Below are positions 9,378 to 18,319 of a stretch of 64,000 bases of DNA, piece after piece. How positions within the stretch are numbered: position 1 is the stretch's first letter; every line of letters starts with the position of its first letter. A model generated the notes under the pieces. The model saw only the letters and a list, made by a program, of their open reading frames with translations, was not told the DNA's origin and ran no database searches. The stretch comes from a virus, in the IMG/VR virus record IMGVR_UViG_3300036760_000069, positions 1-64,000 of that record. One strand, given 5' to 3'. A program made the position numbers and the translations under genes.

Positions 9378-9458
9378 AGCGGGATCTCCTTCCTGTCAAG
9401 TGCGGGGGGCCGGGCTCATTCCCGACCCCCCCTCTGCGCCTGAATGATTTCAGGTCGG

Positions 9459-10115
9459 TTATGCGCTGAACCCAGCCGCCAAGTTGGCGTAGGTCTCCGC
9501 TCTCGGCACCACGATGATAACCGGCACCCCAGACCCGGCCGTCGTGGTCGTGTTGACCAACGCCTGCACGGAATTTCCGGGGAGCAGGTCGATATCCAGC
9601 GTGTTGCTCAGATTCTTATACAGCACCGAGCCCACGGCCTGACTCGCCACGACCGAGGGGGCCGTGAGCGTGCCATCCGCCTGCGTGCCGGTCAGCCCTG
9701 CCGTCTTCGTCCCAATGGCATTGGGCGCGGTGTAGCTGTCAAAGAACAGGACGAGGGCCGTCACGGTGCCCGCCACCTGCCAGGCAAAGGAAATGTCCTC
9801 GACCGAACAGTAGTCCGACACCTGATGATTGAGCAGATTCGCCCCCGACGTCACGACCGGATTGGTGCCGCTGACGTTCGGAACCAAGGGTTGCCGGCTC
9901 TCCCAGCCATACCCCGCCCCGCACAGCGGACGCCCAAAGACCGACCGCGCAGCCAGCTCCGCCCAGTGGCGAGGCCCCTGCAAGAACTTCATCGCCGCCA
10001 CCGCCTGCGCTTCGTGACAGACATACGGGCCGAGATAGGTGCGCCGCACCGTTCTCCAGAACTCGTTCAGCTTCGACCGCAGGCTGAACCGTGGAATCAG
10101 AATCATCGTGTTCAT
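9459..10115 (-). CDS. Capsid decoration-like protein with long N-terminal leader
   Basis: Follows the MCP; basic leader ends at GRPLCGAG, then a beta-rich body. Confidence 0.6.
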   Translation of the reverse strand: MNTMILIPRFSLRSKLNEFWRTVRRTYLGPYVCHEAQAVAAMKFLQGPRHWAELAARSVFGRPLCGAGYGWESRQPLVPNVSGTNPVVTSGANLLNHQVSDYCSVEDISFAWQVAGTVTALVLFFDSYTAPNAIGTKTAGLTGTQADGTLTAPSVVASQAVGSVLYKNLSNTLDIDLLPGNSVQALVNTTTTAGSGVPVIIVVPRAETYANLAAGFSA

Positions 10116-10186
10116 GGGATCGTCCTCCCCTCCTTCAAGTTATGTCCGTGTCCCCAGACCTCTCCGCCAGTCAAGGCGGCGCGAGG

Positions 10187-11131
10187 TTAGCCGGTGACGT
10201 AGATGACCCGCGCCTCCCCGTCGTTGGCCGTGTTCCAGGTCTCGCCGAACGCGAGCATCCCGAACCATCCCACTGACCGCTGGAGGCCGAAATTCCCAGG
10301 AATGGCCGCCCGCAGTTCCGGCGACAGCACTTCCGCCATCAGCACCGGCTCCTCGCCGAACACCAGCACCTCGCCCAGCACCGAGCCTGTGCCCTTGGTG
10401 TTGGAGAGGGCATTGCTGTGCGTGATCTCGATCAAGCGGATATGCTCGATCATCCCCGCTTCGCCCCGGTAGAACGCCATGTCCGGCTGAATGTACCGGC
10501 GCCAGTCCACGAACTCTGGATCGTCCTTCACCCCACGCAACGCCTTCGTGGCCGCCAGCCCGATCCAGTCGTCCCCTTCGTAGGGCTCGGCGTGGATCGT
10601 CGACGCCAGATAGTCCCGGAGCTGCTTACAGTGATAGACGTTGAAGTTCGAGGTCGCCGTCCCGCTGGTCGCGTTCGTGGTGAACGTCCCCGTGGTCGTC
10701 GACGTGGGCGCGTACCGGATCTGACAGCCCTTGAAGGTCGTGAACACCGTCGTATCCAGGACCAGCTTCATCGTCTTGATGAGCGACCGCTGGATGAAGT
10801 CCTTCGGATCGAACAGCGACAGGAGTTCCGTCTCCTCGTCGTACTCGACCGCCCGCCCGTACTTCGACACCGTGATCGTGGTCGTCGAGAGGGTCAGGCT
10901 GTCCACCGGGACTTTCTGGTTCCGGCCGATGACGGCCGAGGTCGGCTCGGAAATGTTCCGAACACGCGGAATGGTAACGGTATCGCCCTGGTGCCGGCCA
11001 TAGCCGTCCACGGGCTTGACGAATTGCAGGCCCTTCGTCTCGGCGATGCTCGCGTAGCGGAGCTTCTTCGAGAGCGCCCGGTTCCGCATCGTCCCGGATG
11101 GCATGTCCGGAATCCATTGCAATGAACTCAT
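10187..11131 (-). CDS. Major capsid protein (HK97 fold, N4-gp56-like)
   Basis: GRHQGDTVTIPRV, YRGEAGMIEHIRLIE, FGLQRSVGW motifs; follows the scaffold gene. Confidence 0.85.
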   Translation of the reverse strand: MSSLQWIPDMPSGTMRNRALSKKLRYASIAETKGLQFVKPVDGYGRHQGDTVTIPRVRNISEPTSAVIGRNQKVPVDSLTLSTTTITVSKYGRAVEYDEETELLSLFDPKDFIQRSLIKTMKLVLDTTVFTTFKGCQIRYAPTSTTTGTFTTNATSGTATSNFNVYHCKQLRDYLASTIHAEPYEGDDWIGLAATKALRGVKDDPEFVDWRRYIQPDMAFYRGEAGMIEHIRLIEITHSNALSNTKGTGSVLGEVLVFGEEPVLMAEVLSPELRAAIPGNFGLQRSVGWFGMLAFGETWNTANDGEARVIYVTG

Positions 11132-11181
11132 GGTCGTTCCTCCTGTTGCCTACCCGTCCCCGCTCCGCGCCGACCTGAACT

Positions 11182-12132
11182 TTAGCCTCGGTGCGAGGCG
11201 ATGGTGTAGAGCGCACTGGACTTCGCAACTTGGTTCTTGCGAAGGGCTCTCATCCCATCAGCCATCGTTTCCGGGGCGTCGTCCTTGCCGCCTTTGGGGC
11301 TGGAACGTGGGCCTCGCCCGCCGCGATCGAGCTGTCCGCCCGCTTCGCGTTGGTGGGCCGCGTTGTCCTCGGTTGTCTTGTTTGTCATCTTCAGCACACG
11401 ATTAGCGATCCGAATGTACTGCTCGCCGGGCGGCACCACATCGAACCACTTGGGCTTGTCCGCGATGAGCGCGTTGACCACCCGCTCGAACAGCGGATAC
11501 GTCTTCTCGGGATCCAGCCCCACTTCCTCCAGTGCGATCTTGGCGTTGTCAATCGCATCCTTCTCAGCGGCTGTCTGTTGCTGGGACGCCGCCTGTTGCT
11601 GGGCCTGCCGCCCTTCCACCACCTGCACAGCGGTCTGGGTCGCCGCCTTCTGCAAGTCCAACAACTTCTTGGCGATGATCTTGTAGACGCCCTTCGTCCG
11701 CACATCCTGATCGTCGCTGGTGATCTTTGTCGCTTCGTTGAAGATCTCGTCTGCGAGCTTCTCCGCCGCCTCGTCAGGTGTGATCTGTGTGGCGGCCTTC
11801 AGCGCGGCCTCACGGGCATCCTCAACCGCCCGCAACCGTCCCACTTCCTTCAGGAGCTGATTGCGTTCGGTGGCGATCTCGTCCCGATCCTTCGCCTTCT
11901 GCTTGTAGCGTTCGACCCGCTTGGCAGCGTCCTCGCTCAAGCCCTCGATGTCGCCCTCCGGCGTCTCGTCATCCGTATGCTCGGTGCCGGTGTCGTCTTT
12001 GTCTTTTTTGTCGGTGCCGCCGCTGAGATCCAGCCCTTCCAGGTCAAGATCGTCTTCCTCGGCGGTCACAGCGCACAGGCCCCGGCCCTGGAATCCAGGG
12101 GAATCGGCGCCCATCAGAAAGGTATGTCGCAT
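11182..12132 (-). CDS. Scaffolding protein
   Basis: Acidic N-terminus, helical coiled coil, directly upstream of the MCP. Confidence 0.7.
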   Translation of the reverse strand: MRHTFLMGADSPGFQGRGLCAVTAEEDDLDLEGLDLSGGTDKKDKDDTGTEHTDDETPEGDIEGLSEDAAKRVERYKQKAKDRDEIATERNQLLKEVGRLRAVEDAREAALKAATQITPDEAAEKLADEIFNEATKITSDDQDVRTKGVYKIIAKKLLDLQKAATQTAVQVVEGRQAQQQAASQQQTAAEKDAIDNAKIALEEVGLDPEKTYPLFERVVNALIADKPKWFDVVPPGEQYIRIANRVLKMTNKTTEDNAAHQREAGGQLDRGGRGPRSSPKGGKDDAPETMADGMRALRKNQVAKSSALYTIASHRG

Positions 12133-12202
12133 CCTGTCGTCCTCCTCTCCGTCAACGAAGCGGCGCTCGGCCGGGTTGCGGAGTCTGGTTCGCCCGTTTG
12201 TC

Positions 12203-12397
12203 TTAGTCCCCGCCCCCGTGCTTCATGGGGCTCGTCCAGAACGAATCCCCGAGCGGGTGCGACCCCATGGACACATACCCCTGCTCGGCCGTCCCGCCAC
12301 CGCCATTGCCGTGCCCCGGACCCGCCGGTGCTTCGGCCTGCTGATTGAGTGCCGGGCCGTCCTGCATGAGGTCGCCCGGTGCCGATGACTTCTCCAT
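12203..12397 (-). CDS. Small head-region protein
   Basis: GGAGGG RBS, 64 aa. Confidence 0.5.
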   Translation of the reverse strand: MEKSSAPGDLMQDGPALNQQAEAPAGPGHGNGGGGTAEQGYVSMGSHPLGDSFWTSPMKHGGGD

Positions 12398-12419
12398 GAT
12401 CGTGCCCTCCTTGTCCCAT

Positions 12420-12462
12420 AAAAAAATGGCGTGAGCGGGGAACCTTCCCTACTCACGCCATT
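12420..12462 (-). terminator. Rho-independent terminator upstream of scaffold/capsid genes
   Basis: AATGGCGTGAG...CTCACGCCATT stem running into a T7 tract on the minus strand. Confidence 0.7.
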
Positions 12463-12498
12463 CCGTGGAACTGCGTCCCGGATTCTGCGTCAGATTCT

Positions 12499-12526
12499 GC
12501 TATAGCACAAACCAGCCCAAAAGCAA
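12499..12526 (-). promoter_or_regulatory. Putative late promoter
   Basis: TTGCTT-N16-TATAGC with extended -10 TG. Confidence 0.4.
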
Positions 12527-12529
12527 AGG

Positions 12530-12706
12530 CTATTTTTTAGACGGGTCGCGGATTTCGTCCTCACCCGACACTTTGACCTTGACTGACGCCAGCCCGCCCC
12601 CAAAGTAATTCAACCGCACCTGTAAGCACGCCTCCCCGTACTGGACTTCAGGGATGGCCTCCAAGGCCCCCAAGATCTCGTTTTTGGCCCAGCTCGGGAG
12701 TGGCAT
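12530..12706 (-). CDS. Small protein (DUF2292/YezD-like)
   Basis: ILGALEAIPEVQYGEACLQV pattern. Confidence 0.45.
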   Translation of the reverse strand: MPLPSWAKNEILGALEAIPEVQYGEACLQVRLNYFGGGLASVKVKVSGEDEIRDPSKK

Positions 12707-12707
12707 C

Positions 12708-12899
12708 TTACCGATTGACCTTCGGGTAGACCGTATCCTGGTTCGGGTTCGAGCTGGCATCCCGCTCGCCCGTCGGAGACTCCAGCAACGGGGCATCCCC
12801 CAGCCGCTTGTAGCCCTGCTTCACATCTTTGTCGCTGAACGCCGTGCGCCCGTCCAGGCCGCCCTTGTTCGTGTTCGTCGGTTCGCCGTGCTTATTCAT
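12708..12899 (-). CDS. Hypothetical protein
   Basis: GGAGGG RBS, overlaps neighbouring gene. Confidence 0.5.
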   Translation of the reverse strand: MNKHGEPTNTNKGGLDGRTAFSDKDVKQGYKRLGDAPLLESPTGERDASSNPNQDTVYPKVNR

Positions 12900-13203
12900 C
12901 GTCGGTGCCCTCCTGTTCTGCCGCCAACCGCACCGCCTGCTTTGTCGCAAAGCCGATGGCGGTCTTGATGAGGGCATGATCGCTCTCAAGGTGTTCGATC
13001 AGCCCCAGTACCCGTTGCCGCTTCTGCCGGATCGTCTCATCGTCGAGGTCGGGGTTGAGATAGTCCGCCAAGGCCAGCTCGATCCGCGCCGTCACGCTGG
13101 CAATGATCTGCTTACCGGCGTCCGTCTTGTACGCCATCGCCAGCTTCGAGCCGGCGGCGATCTGCGCGTTCTGTCTGGCATCGGTCTTCCCGTTCTGGCT
13201 CAT
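12892..13203 (-). CDS. Post-portal helical protein (Bbp19-like position)
   Basis: AAGGAG RBS, 103 aa, follows the portal. Confidence 0.55.
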   Translation of the reverse strand: MSQNGKTDARQNAQIAAGSKLAMAYKTDAGKQIIASVTARIELALADYLNPDLDDETIRQKRQRVLGLIEHLESDHALIKTAIGFATKQAVRLAAEQEGTDDE

Positions 13204-13213
13204 AGGTCTCCTT

Positions 13214-15235
13214 TTACTGCCGTTGTGGAATCGCCGACGCAACCGGCACGGTTCTCCCGCCCGCAACCATCGGCGGGGGAGCGGGCTGAGCCGTCGGACC
13301 CGGCACGCCTTCTGGGGTGAACTCCGGCGGTGCGCCACCCTTGCCGACATGCCCATGCGTCTGCACATGAGCGTCCGTGCCCGCCTTCATCGCGTTCTCA
13401 ATGGCGGCGGAGACGGCTTGCTGGTTCTGTTCCTGTTGCTGTTGCTGAGCGTCCTGGACGATCTCCTGCTCGTCCTTGATCCCCTCCTCGACGTTCATCT
13501 TGTCGGCGATCTTGGTCAGAATGACATACGGCTTGATGTACGCGGCAAACATCTCCTCCTTGCCCAGCATCGCCAGCTCCTTCCACTTCTGGAGTTCGTC
13601 GGCGGTCTTGAACAGGCGCGAGACCCCATGAATGTCGATGTCGCAATCCAGCTCCATGTCCTGTTGCCGCTGTTGCCAGGTATAGGCCCCGCCGGCACTC
13701 TGCACCATCTGGAGGTAGAACGGATCTTGCCCCATGTACTCCGCCAGACTCGGCTCAGTGAACTGATCCTGAAAGGTGGTCAGCACCTCCTTGATGGCCC
13801 AGAGGAGGTTCGTGCCGCCCTGCTCCACATCCTTCCCGATTGAGTCGAACACGCCCAAGCTCTGTTGCATCTTGAGCTGGATCTCGGTCGCGGTGATGTC
13901 CTTGCGGGACCCCTGGTCACCCTTAAGGAGCTCCGTCACCATCGACCCATTTTCCCAGAGGTTGGTGACGAGGCCCCACATAAATTGCACATCCTGAATA
14001 TTCGAGTCGCCCTTGAGGATGGGCCGCACGGCGGGCTTGCCCTCCGCCATGCGCTTCAGGATCCACGCCTTCAGCGGGTAGATTTCAAGGTCACTGGGGT
14101 CGTCCAGGTTGTTCGGGTCGATCTCGAACATATTGTTGATGCGCCAGTTCTCGTTGTCGATGAACAGGTTCAACAGCGCGTTCTGGAATTTCCACACCGC
14201 CATCACGCCCTCGAACAGGCCGTAGCCATGGAAGCGCAGGACGTGCGGGATCGGGCTGAAGTCCACCCACGGCCAGCGCATCCGCTTGAACGGACAGGGC
14301 CGCGCCTTGCGGATGACCACCCCGTTGCAGGTCGTGAAGGTGCCGCTGGGCATGATAACATCGCCGTCCTCGTCGAGGATCGTGCCCCAGAACTCGCGTA
14401 CGAGGACGGATTTGCGGAAGCGGTTCCGGTGCAGAGTCTGCCCCTTCCGCCGGCGCTCCTGCTCCTTGTCCTCCTGGTTGTAGCCAGCCCCGTCCTTCTG
14501 GGACTTGCCGATCTTCACCTGGTCGATGTTCTGGTAGTACCCCTGCGTCTCCAGTTCCTTGAGCTGGTAGAAGTCCACCCACTCCTCATGGATGTTGTAG
14601 AGGCCCGACCAGGCCAACCGTGGTTGCCGGTCTGGATCCGGGTAGGTCTTCCACGGTTCGATCAGCGGGAGGCGCAGGCGGTAGATGCCGTTCTCGTCCG
14701 GCTTGAACATGACCTTGATGGCGGAACTCTGCCCTGTGGTAAAGCCCATCTCGGCGGCGTCGGCAAAAGTGTACGGCAGGAACGAGTCCTTGCGGCTCGT
14801 CCAGAACTTCAGGTTCTTCTCCCAGAAGGCGGCCTTGAGCTTCGTCTCCTCGTTGTCGGGGTCGGTAGCGTTGAGGCCGAAGTAGTCCGGCCGGTCCATC
14901 AGGCCCTTCCGCACAAGGGACTTGGCCTGCATGACGGTGGTGAATGGGGTGTTGAGAACGATCTTACTCTGCCAGTCTTCCTTGTCGGCCATCTCGGCCA
15001 TCTGGGTTTCGTGAGCCGCCCAGAGGGTATCATCCTTGGCCCGGCGGTCTTCGTCTGCCTCGTAGCTCTCCTTGACACACTCCTGCTGGTACACATCGAG
15101 GTGACCGTCGTTTAGGTCATCGACATCCTCCTGCATGTCGGCCGTGACGTCCGCCAACTCCTCCGGGCTGAGTTGGGCGAGCTGCGCCATCAGCTCGTCG
15201 ATCTTGCCCTTCGCTGGGGAGACGCCGAGGGCCAT
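13214..15235 (-). CDS. Portal protein
   Basis: 673 aa between terminase and scaffold; FHGYGLFE and KDITATEI portal-type motifs. Confidence 0.85.
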   Translation of the reverse strand: MALGVSPAKGKIDELMAQLAQLSPEELADVTADMQEDVDDLNDGHLDVYQQECVKESYEADEDRRAKDDTLWAAHETQMAEMADKEDWQSKIVLNTPFTTVMQAKSLVRKGLMDRPDYFGLNATDPDNEETKLKAAFWEKNLKFWTSRKDSFLPYTFADAAEMGFTTGQSSAIKVMFKPDENGIYRLRLPLIEPWKTYPDPDRQPRLAWSGLYNIHEEWVDFYQLKELETQGYYQNIDQVKIGKSQKDGAGYNQEDKEQERRRKGQTLHRNRFRKSVLVREFWGTILDEDGDVIMPSGTFTTCNGVVIRKARPCPFKRMRWPWVDFSPIPHVLRFHGYGLFEGVMAVWKFQNALLNLFIDNENWRINNMFEIDPNNLDDPSDLEIYPLKAWILKRMAEGKPAVRPILKGDSNIQDVQFMWGLVTNLWENGSMVTELLKGDQGSRKDITATEIQLKMQQSLGVFDSIGKDVEQGGTNLLWAIKEVLTTFQDQFTEPSLAEYMGQDPFYLQMVQSAGGAYTWQQRQQDMELDCDIDIHGVSRLFKTADELQKWKELAMLGKEEMFAAYIKPYVILTKIADKMNVEEGIKDEQEIVQDAQQQQQEQNQQAVSAAIENAMKAGTDAHVQTHGHVGKGGAPPEFTPEGVPGPTAQPAPPPMVAGGRTVPVASAIPQRQ

Positions 15236-15238
15236 GGA

Positions 15239-15448
15239 TCAGCAGGGCCTCCGTGACTGGCGTTGCTCGTCCCTGAACCGCTCCTGCTCTAGTCGCTCGA
15301 TGCTCTGCTCGAACCGCTCATTGTCACGCTCCATGGTGCCCCAGTAGCCGGGACTTCCGAGGCTGGGCTCGCCCCCGGGCGTCCAGGCGCCGGTCGTGGC
15401 GACGGTCAGCGAGATCCCGATGATGATGCCGAGGATGAGTGTTCGCAT
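15239..15448 (-). CDS. Small exported or membrane protein
   Basis: MRTLILGIIIGISLTVATTGA hydrophobic N-terminus, GGAGG RBS. Confidence 0.55.
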   Translation of the reverse strand: MRTLILGIIIGISLTVATTGAWTPGGEPSLGSPGYWGTMERDNERFEQSIERLEQERFRDEQRQSRRPC

Positions 15449-15459
15449 AGGGTGCCTCC

Positions 15460-15750
15460 TTATCCGATCACGCCGGCCTGCCGTAAGAGGTCTTCGTCCG
15501 CGACCCGCTCGTCGTCTTCCAGTACCTTGCGCCGGCGCATCTCCTGCTCGGCATGGTCCTTGAGGCGGGACTCTCCGCACCGGGAGACATCGACGCCCGA
15601 CAGGCACCCCGTCACCGGGCGGTCGGCATCGCGGTCATAGAGGGGCTTGCGGCAGTTCATGCAGATCACGCCCTCGACGTTATCGGAGCCGATCTTGAGG
15701 ATCGTCTCCCTCCAGATGTGCCGGTTCGTCTCTTTGCGGATCGAGGCCAT
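15460..15750 (-). CDS. Small Cys-containing protein
   Basis: CMNC plus two further Cys. Confidence 0.5.
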   Translation of the reverse strand: MASIRKETNRHIWRETILKIGSDNVEGVICMNCRKPLYDRDADRPVTGCLSGVDVSRCGESRLKDHAEQEMRRRKVLEDDERVADEDLLRQAGVIG

Positions 15751-15779
15751 CAGTCGTCGAGACCTGCCAGTTGCTTACG

Positions 15780-16067
15780 TTACTCGGTGTTCGACATGAA
15801 GCCCTGTGTCGAGGATAGGCGTCCACGGTCACTGGTACCAGGGCGGATCTGTGTACTGTTGCGTGCCGCCTTGCCCTGCTCCAACTCCTTCTTGCTCAGG
15901 TTCAGCGGGTTCTCGTCAGCGGGGATGATCCGCTCGCCCTTATGCACGGTCGCGGGTCCGGTCTCTGGCACGACATCGACGCCCTGCTCGTAGGATGGCC
16001 GCCGCTGCCGCTTCATCATGGCTTTGAGCGAGGGCATCTTCTTCGGGGGCTTGGAACGATGGGACAT
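15780..16067 (-). CDS. Small basic protein with VP.TGPA..H.GE..IPADENP motif
   Basis: GGAGG RBS; motif shared with 49398..50597. Confidence 0.55.
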   Translation of the reverse strand: MSHRSKPPKKMPSLKAMMKRQRRPSYEQGVDVVPETGPATVHKGERIIPADENPLNLSKKELEQGKAARNSTQIRPGTSDRGRLSSTQGFMSNTE

Positions 16068-16142
16068 GCTCGACCTCCGCAATCGGTTGGGGGTACTTGC
16101 TTCCCCTATACCACAGGTGCGCTCAGAATCCAATGCCTTTAT

Positions 16143-16952
16143 TTAGAACCGCCTCGACCGCCAGCCGTACCTCCCACCAAAGCCAGGCACCGGCGGACGG
16201 AACCGTTCGTCCACAACGTAGAAGATTGTGTTGTTCTTGGCGAACACGACCGTCCACTCGTCCCGCGCATTGATCGCGTCCTGCAAGGCCGTGTCGATGT
16301 AGAGGATACCGGCACTATCCACGGTCAGGACGTAGACGTTCCCACCTGGCGCCGTCAGCACGAAGCCGAACATCTGCGGAGCCGTGGCGAGATCAACCTG
16401 TGCGACCGAGAGGATGCCATTGGCGTCCACCGTCACTGTCCAGGCCGTCGTGTTGTCCTCCGAGCGGACTGTGATCGCCCCCAGCGGATTGAGCCCGGCC
16501 CCAGACTGCGGGCCGTCCACCGCGTAGATGCCGGGATCCGCGACCGAGAGGGCCCAGACGTTCGAGGCGGGATCAATCAGCCCGGGCGAGGCGATGGCCT
16601 GCACATTCCAACTACTCCCCATCGTCCGGACGGTCAGCGCGCCAGCGTTGTTCACCTGGACCGCCCACTCGCGCCCGTTGGGGCTGAAGACGAACAAGTC
16701 CTCGTAGCCTCCAAAGGCGGCCGTCGGCATGGCGGTCATCGTCACCAGCGGGAGGACCGACGCATCCAGCCCGAAGCGGTAGGCCTGCGTGCGGTCAGTC
16801 GAAACCAAGGTGAGGCGCGGGTCCACGGTCGGAGCGTCCAACGTCGTGCCAGTGGCCTGCAACACGCCGGCGGCGGTGACTTCAAGGAACCAGTTCTGTC
16901 CCGAGCTGGCCTGCCGGATGATCGGCTGGGGATACTGCGGGTAGCTGCTCAT
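16143..16952 (-). CDS. Beta-repeat virion protein (hypothetical)
   Basis: Repeated W.(l/v).V...G.L strands. Confidence 0.6.
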   Translation of the reverse strand: MSSYPQYPQPIIRQASSGQNWFLEVTAAGVLQATGTTLDAPTVDPRLTLVSTDRTQAYRFGLDASVLPLVTMTAMPTAAFGGYEDLFVFSPNGREWAVQVNNAGALTVRTMGSSWNVQAIASPGLIDPASNVWALSVADPGIYAVDGPQSGAGLNPLGAITVRSEDNTTAWTVTVDANGILSVAQVDLATAPQMFGFVLTAPGGNVYVLTVDSAGILYIDTALQDAINARDEWTVVFAKNNTIFYVVDERFRPPVPGFGGRYGWRSRRF

Positions 16953-17155
16953 GGCGCGATGTGATCCTCAAACGGACAAGGGAGTGCCAGATGGCATTTA
17001 GGACATACGGGTGTCCCCACTTCTACCTGTGAGTAGGCCAGTACCATCGTCACCTTCAACCCGCAACTCTGAGCGACTTCTGAGAGTTTGTGGAGATCGA
17101 GCTTCGCCACGCCGTCATTGTTGGATGGCGCGATGGCATGTAGATAATCCATCAC
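16949..17155 (-). CDS. Small Zn-finger-like protein
   Basis: CPKCHLALPC; reading frame is open to a CTG at about 17209. Confidence 0.4.
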   Translation of the reverse strand: MMDYLHAIAPSNNDGVAKLDLHKLSEVAQSCGLKVTMVLAYSQVEVGTPVCPKCHLALPCPFEDHIAP

Positions 17156-17205
17156 AGGTCTCGGAATCCCGCCCGGTGGAATCTCGATCTTGACGTCGAC
17201 GGCGT

Positions 17206-17619
17206 TCAGACTCGCACCCCTTCTAGCCGGTATTTACACACCTCGATTGGCCGCTGATCCCGCTCGTCCCAACGGAAGGCCGCCACCTTCAAGTGTGGGT
17301 ACAGCGACACGATCACCATGAGCAACTTCGTCTCCATCATCAGCACCTGATCCGGCGGCGAGGGAATGGCCCGGCTTCGCGGGTGCGAGTGCCAGAGGGC
17401 CAACTCGAACCCGTCATACGCCGCCTTCTCAGCAAGGAAGTCCTTGGGGTCGATCTGGAACCCGTTCGCCGGATCCTCCGCCTCGTTCTCCAGCTCGCGC
17501 ACGGCAAAGAACACCCCGTCGAGGCCGGCCATGATGCCGCAGGCCTCCAACGGGGCACGCTTCTGGGCCGCCTCGATGATGGCGGTCTGTACCTGGGCTT
17601 TGATCTCGACCACGATCAC
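17206..17619 (-). CDS. JAB/Mov34/MPN metalloprotease
   Basis: EACG ... WHSHP ... PSPPD complete JAMM motif. Confidence 0.9.
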   Translation of the reverse strand: MIVVEIKAQVQTAIIEAAQKRAPLEACGIMAGLDGVFFAVRELENEAEDPANGFQIDPKDFLAEKAAYDGFELALWHSHPRSRAIPSPPDQVLMMETKLLMVIVSLYPHLKVAAFRWDERDQRPIEVCKYRLEGVRV

Positions 17620-17624
17620 CTCGG

Positions 17625-18059
17625 TTACGGGTACGGCACGCTCCCACGGTCCTGCACAATCGCCAGCTCGTCGTAGCCCACATCCAATGCGGTCGCTACG
17701 TTCTCCAGCACCTTCTGCGCGGCCGCACGGCTTGAGGACGGACGCCCCACCGGCTCGCCCACTGTGTTGCCGTCTGCGTCCTTGCGGTAGACATGGAACG
17801 GGTCTGACAGCATTCGTTGCCCGCTCGGCGTCGGCGGCTCCATGTCCTGAGCCTGCGGCGGCGGCGGGGCATCCGGCAACGCCTGCTCGATCGCTGGTAG
17901 GCCGTCGTCCACGATGAGAAACTCGCTGGTGTCGCTCGGTTTCCGGTTCGCGTCAATCTCGGCCTGCGCGTCGGCCTCCGTGGCAAAGCCCCCAGTGGTC
18001 GTTGGCGCGGGTGGCCCGCTCGGCTGTCCATCTTCCCCTTTGCGATAGATCTGAAACAT
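17625..18059 (-). CDS. Hypothetical protein with two internal repeats
   Basis: FQIYRKGEDG and FHVYRKDADG repeats; GGAGGG RBS. Confidence 0.6.
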   Translation of the reverse strand: MFQIYRKGEDGQPSGPPAPTTTGGFATEADAQAEIDANRKPSDTSEFLIVDDGLPAIEQALPDAPPPPQAQDMEPPTPSGQRMLSDPFHVYRKDADGNTVGEPVGRPSSSRAAAQKVLENVATALDVGYDELAIVQDRGSVPYP

Positions 18060-18075
18060 GATGCACCCTCCTTGG

Positions 18076-18285
18076 TTATTGAACCCCGTACCCTTTGGCC
18101 CGTGCCCGCCCGCTCCGTGCCGGCATCAGGAACCGGAACCGCCCGGCCTGCACCGCGTCCGTCACCCGTTGCTCCGGGTCGCACCCATGCTCGTTGCCCG
18201 TGTACACGCCCCCGCAGATGCCGCACTGGAACTTGGGCGGCTGGTGCCCCAGCAGGATCTCGGCGGCGGCGGCGAGGAGGTTCAT
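18076..18285 (-). CDS. Small Zn-binding protein
   Basis: CGIC...HGC. Confidence 0.4.
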   Translation of the reverse strand: MNLLAAAAEILLGHQPPKFQCGICGGVYTGNEHGCDPEQRVTDAVQAGRFRFLMPARSGRARAKGYGVQ

Positions 18286-18319
18286 GCGAGGCCACCTTTT
18301 CTTCCAGCTTCAACCTTGC

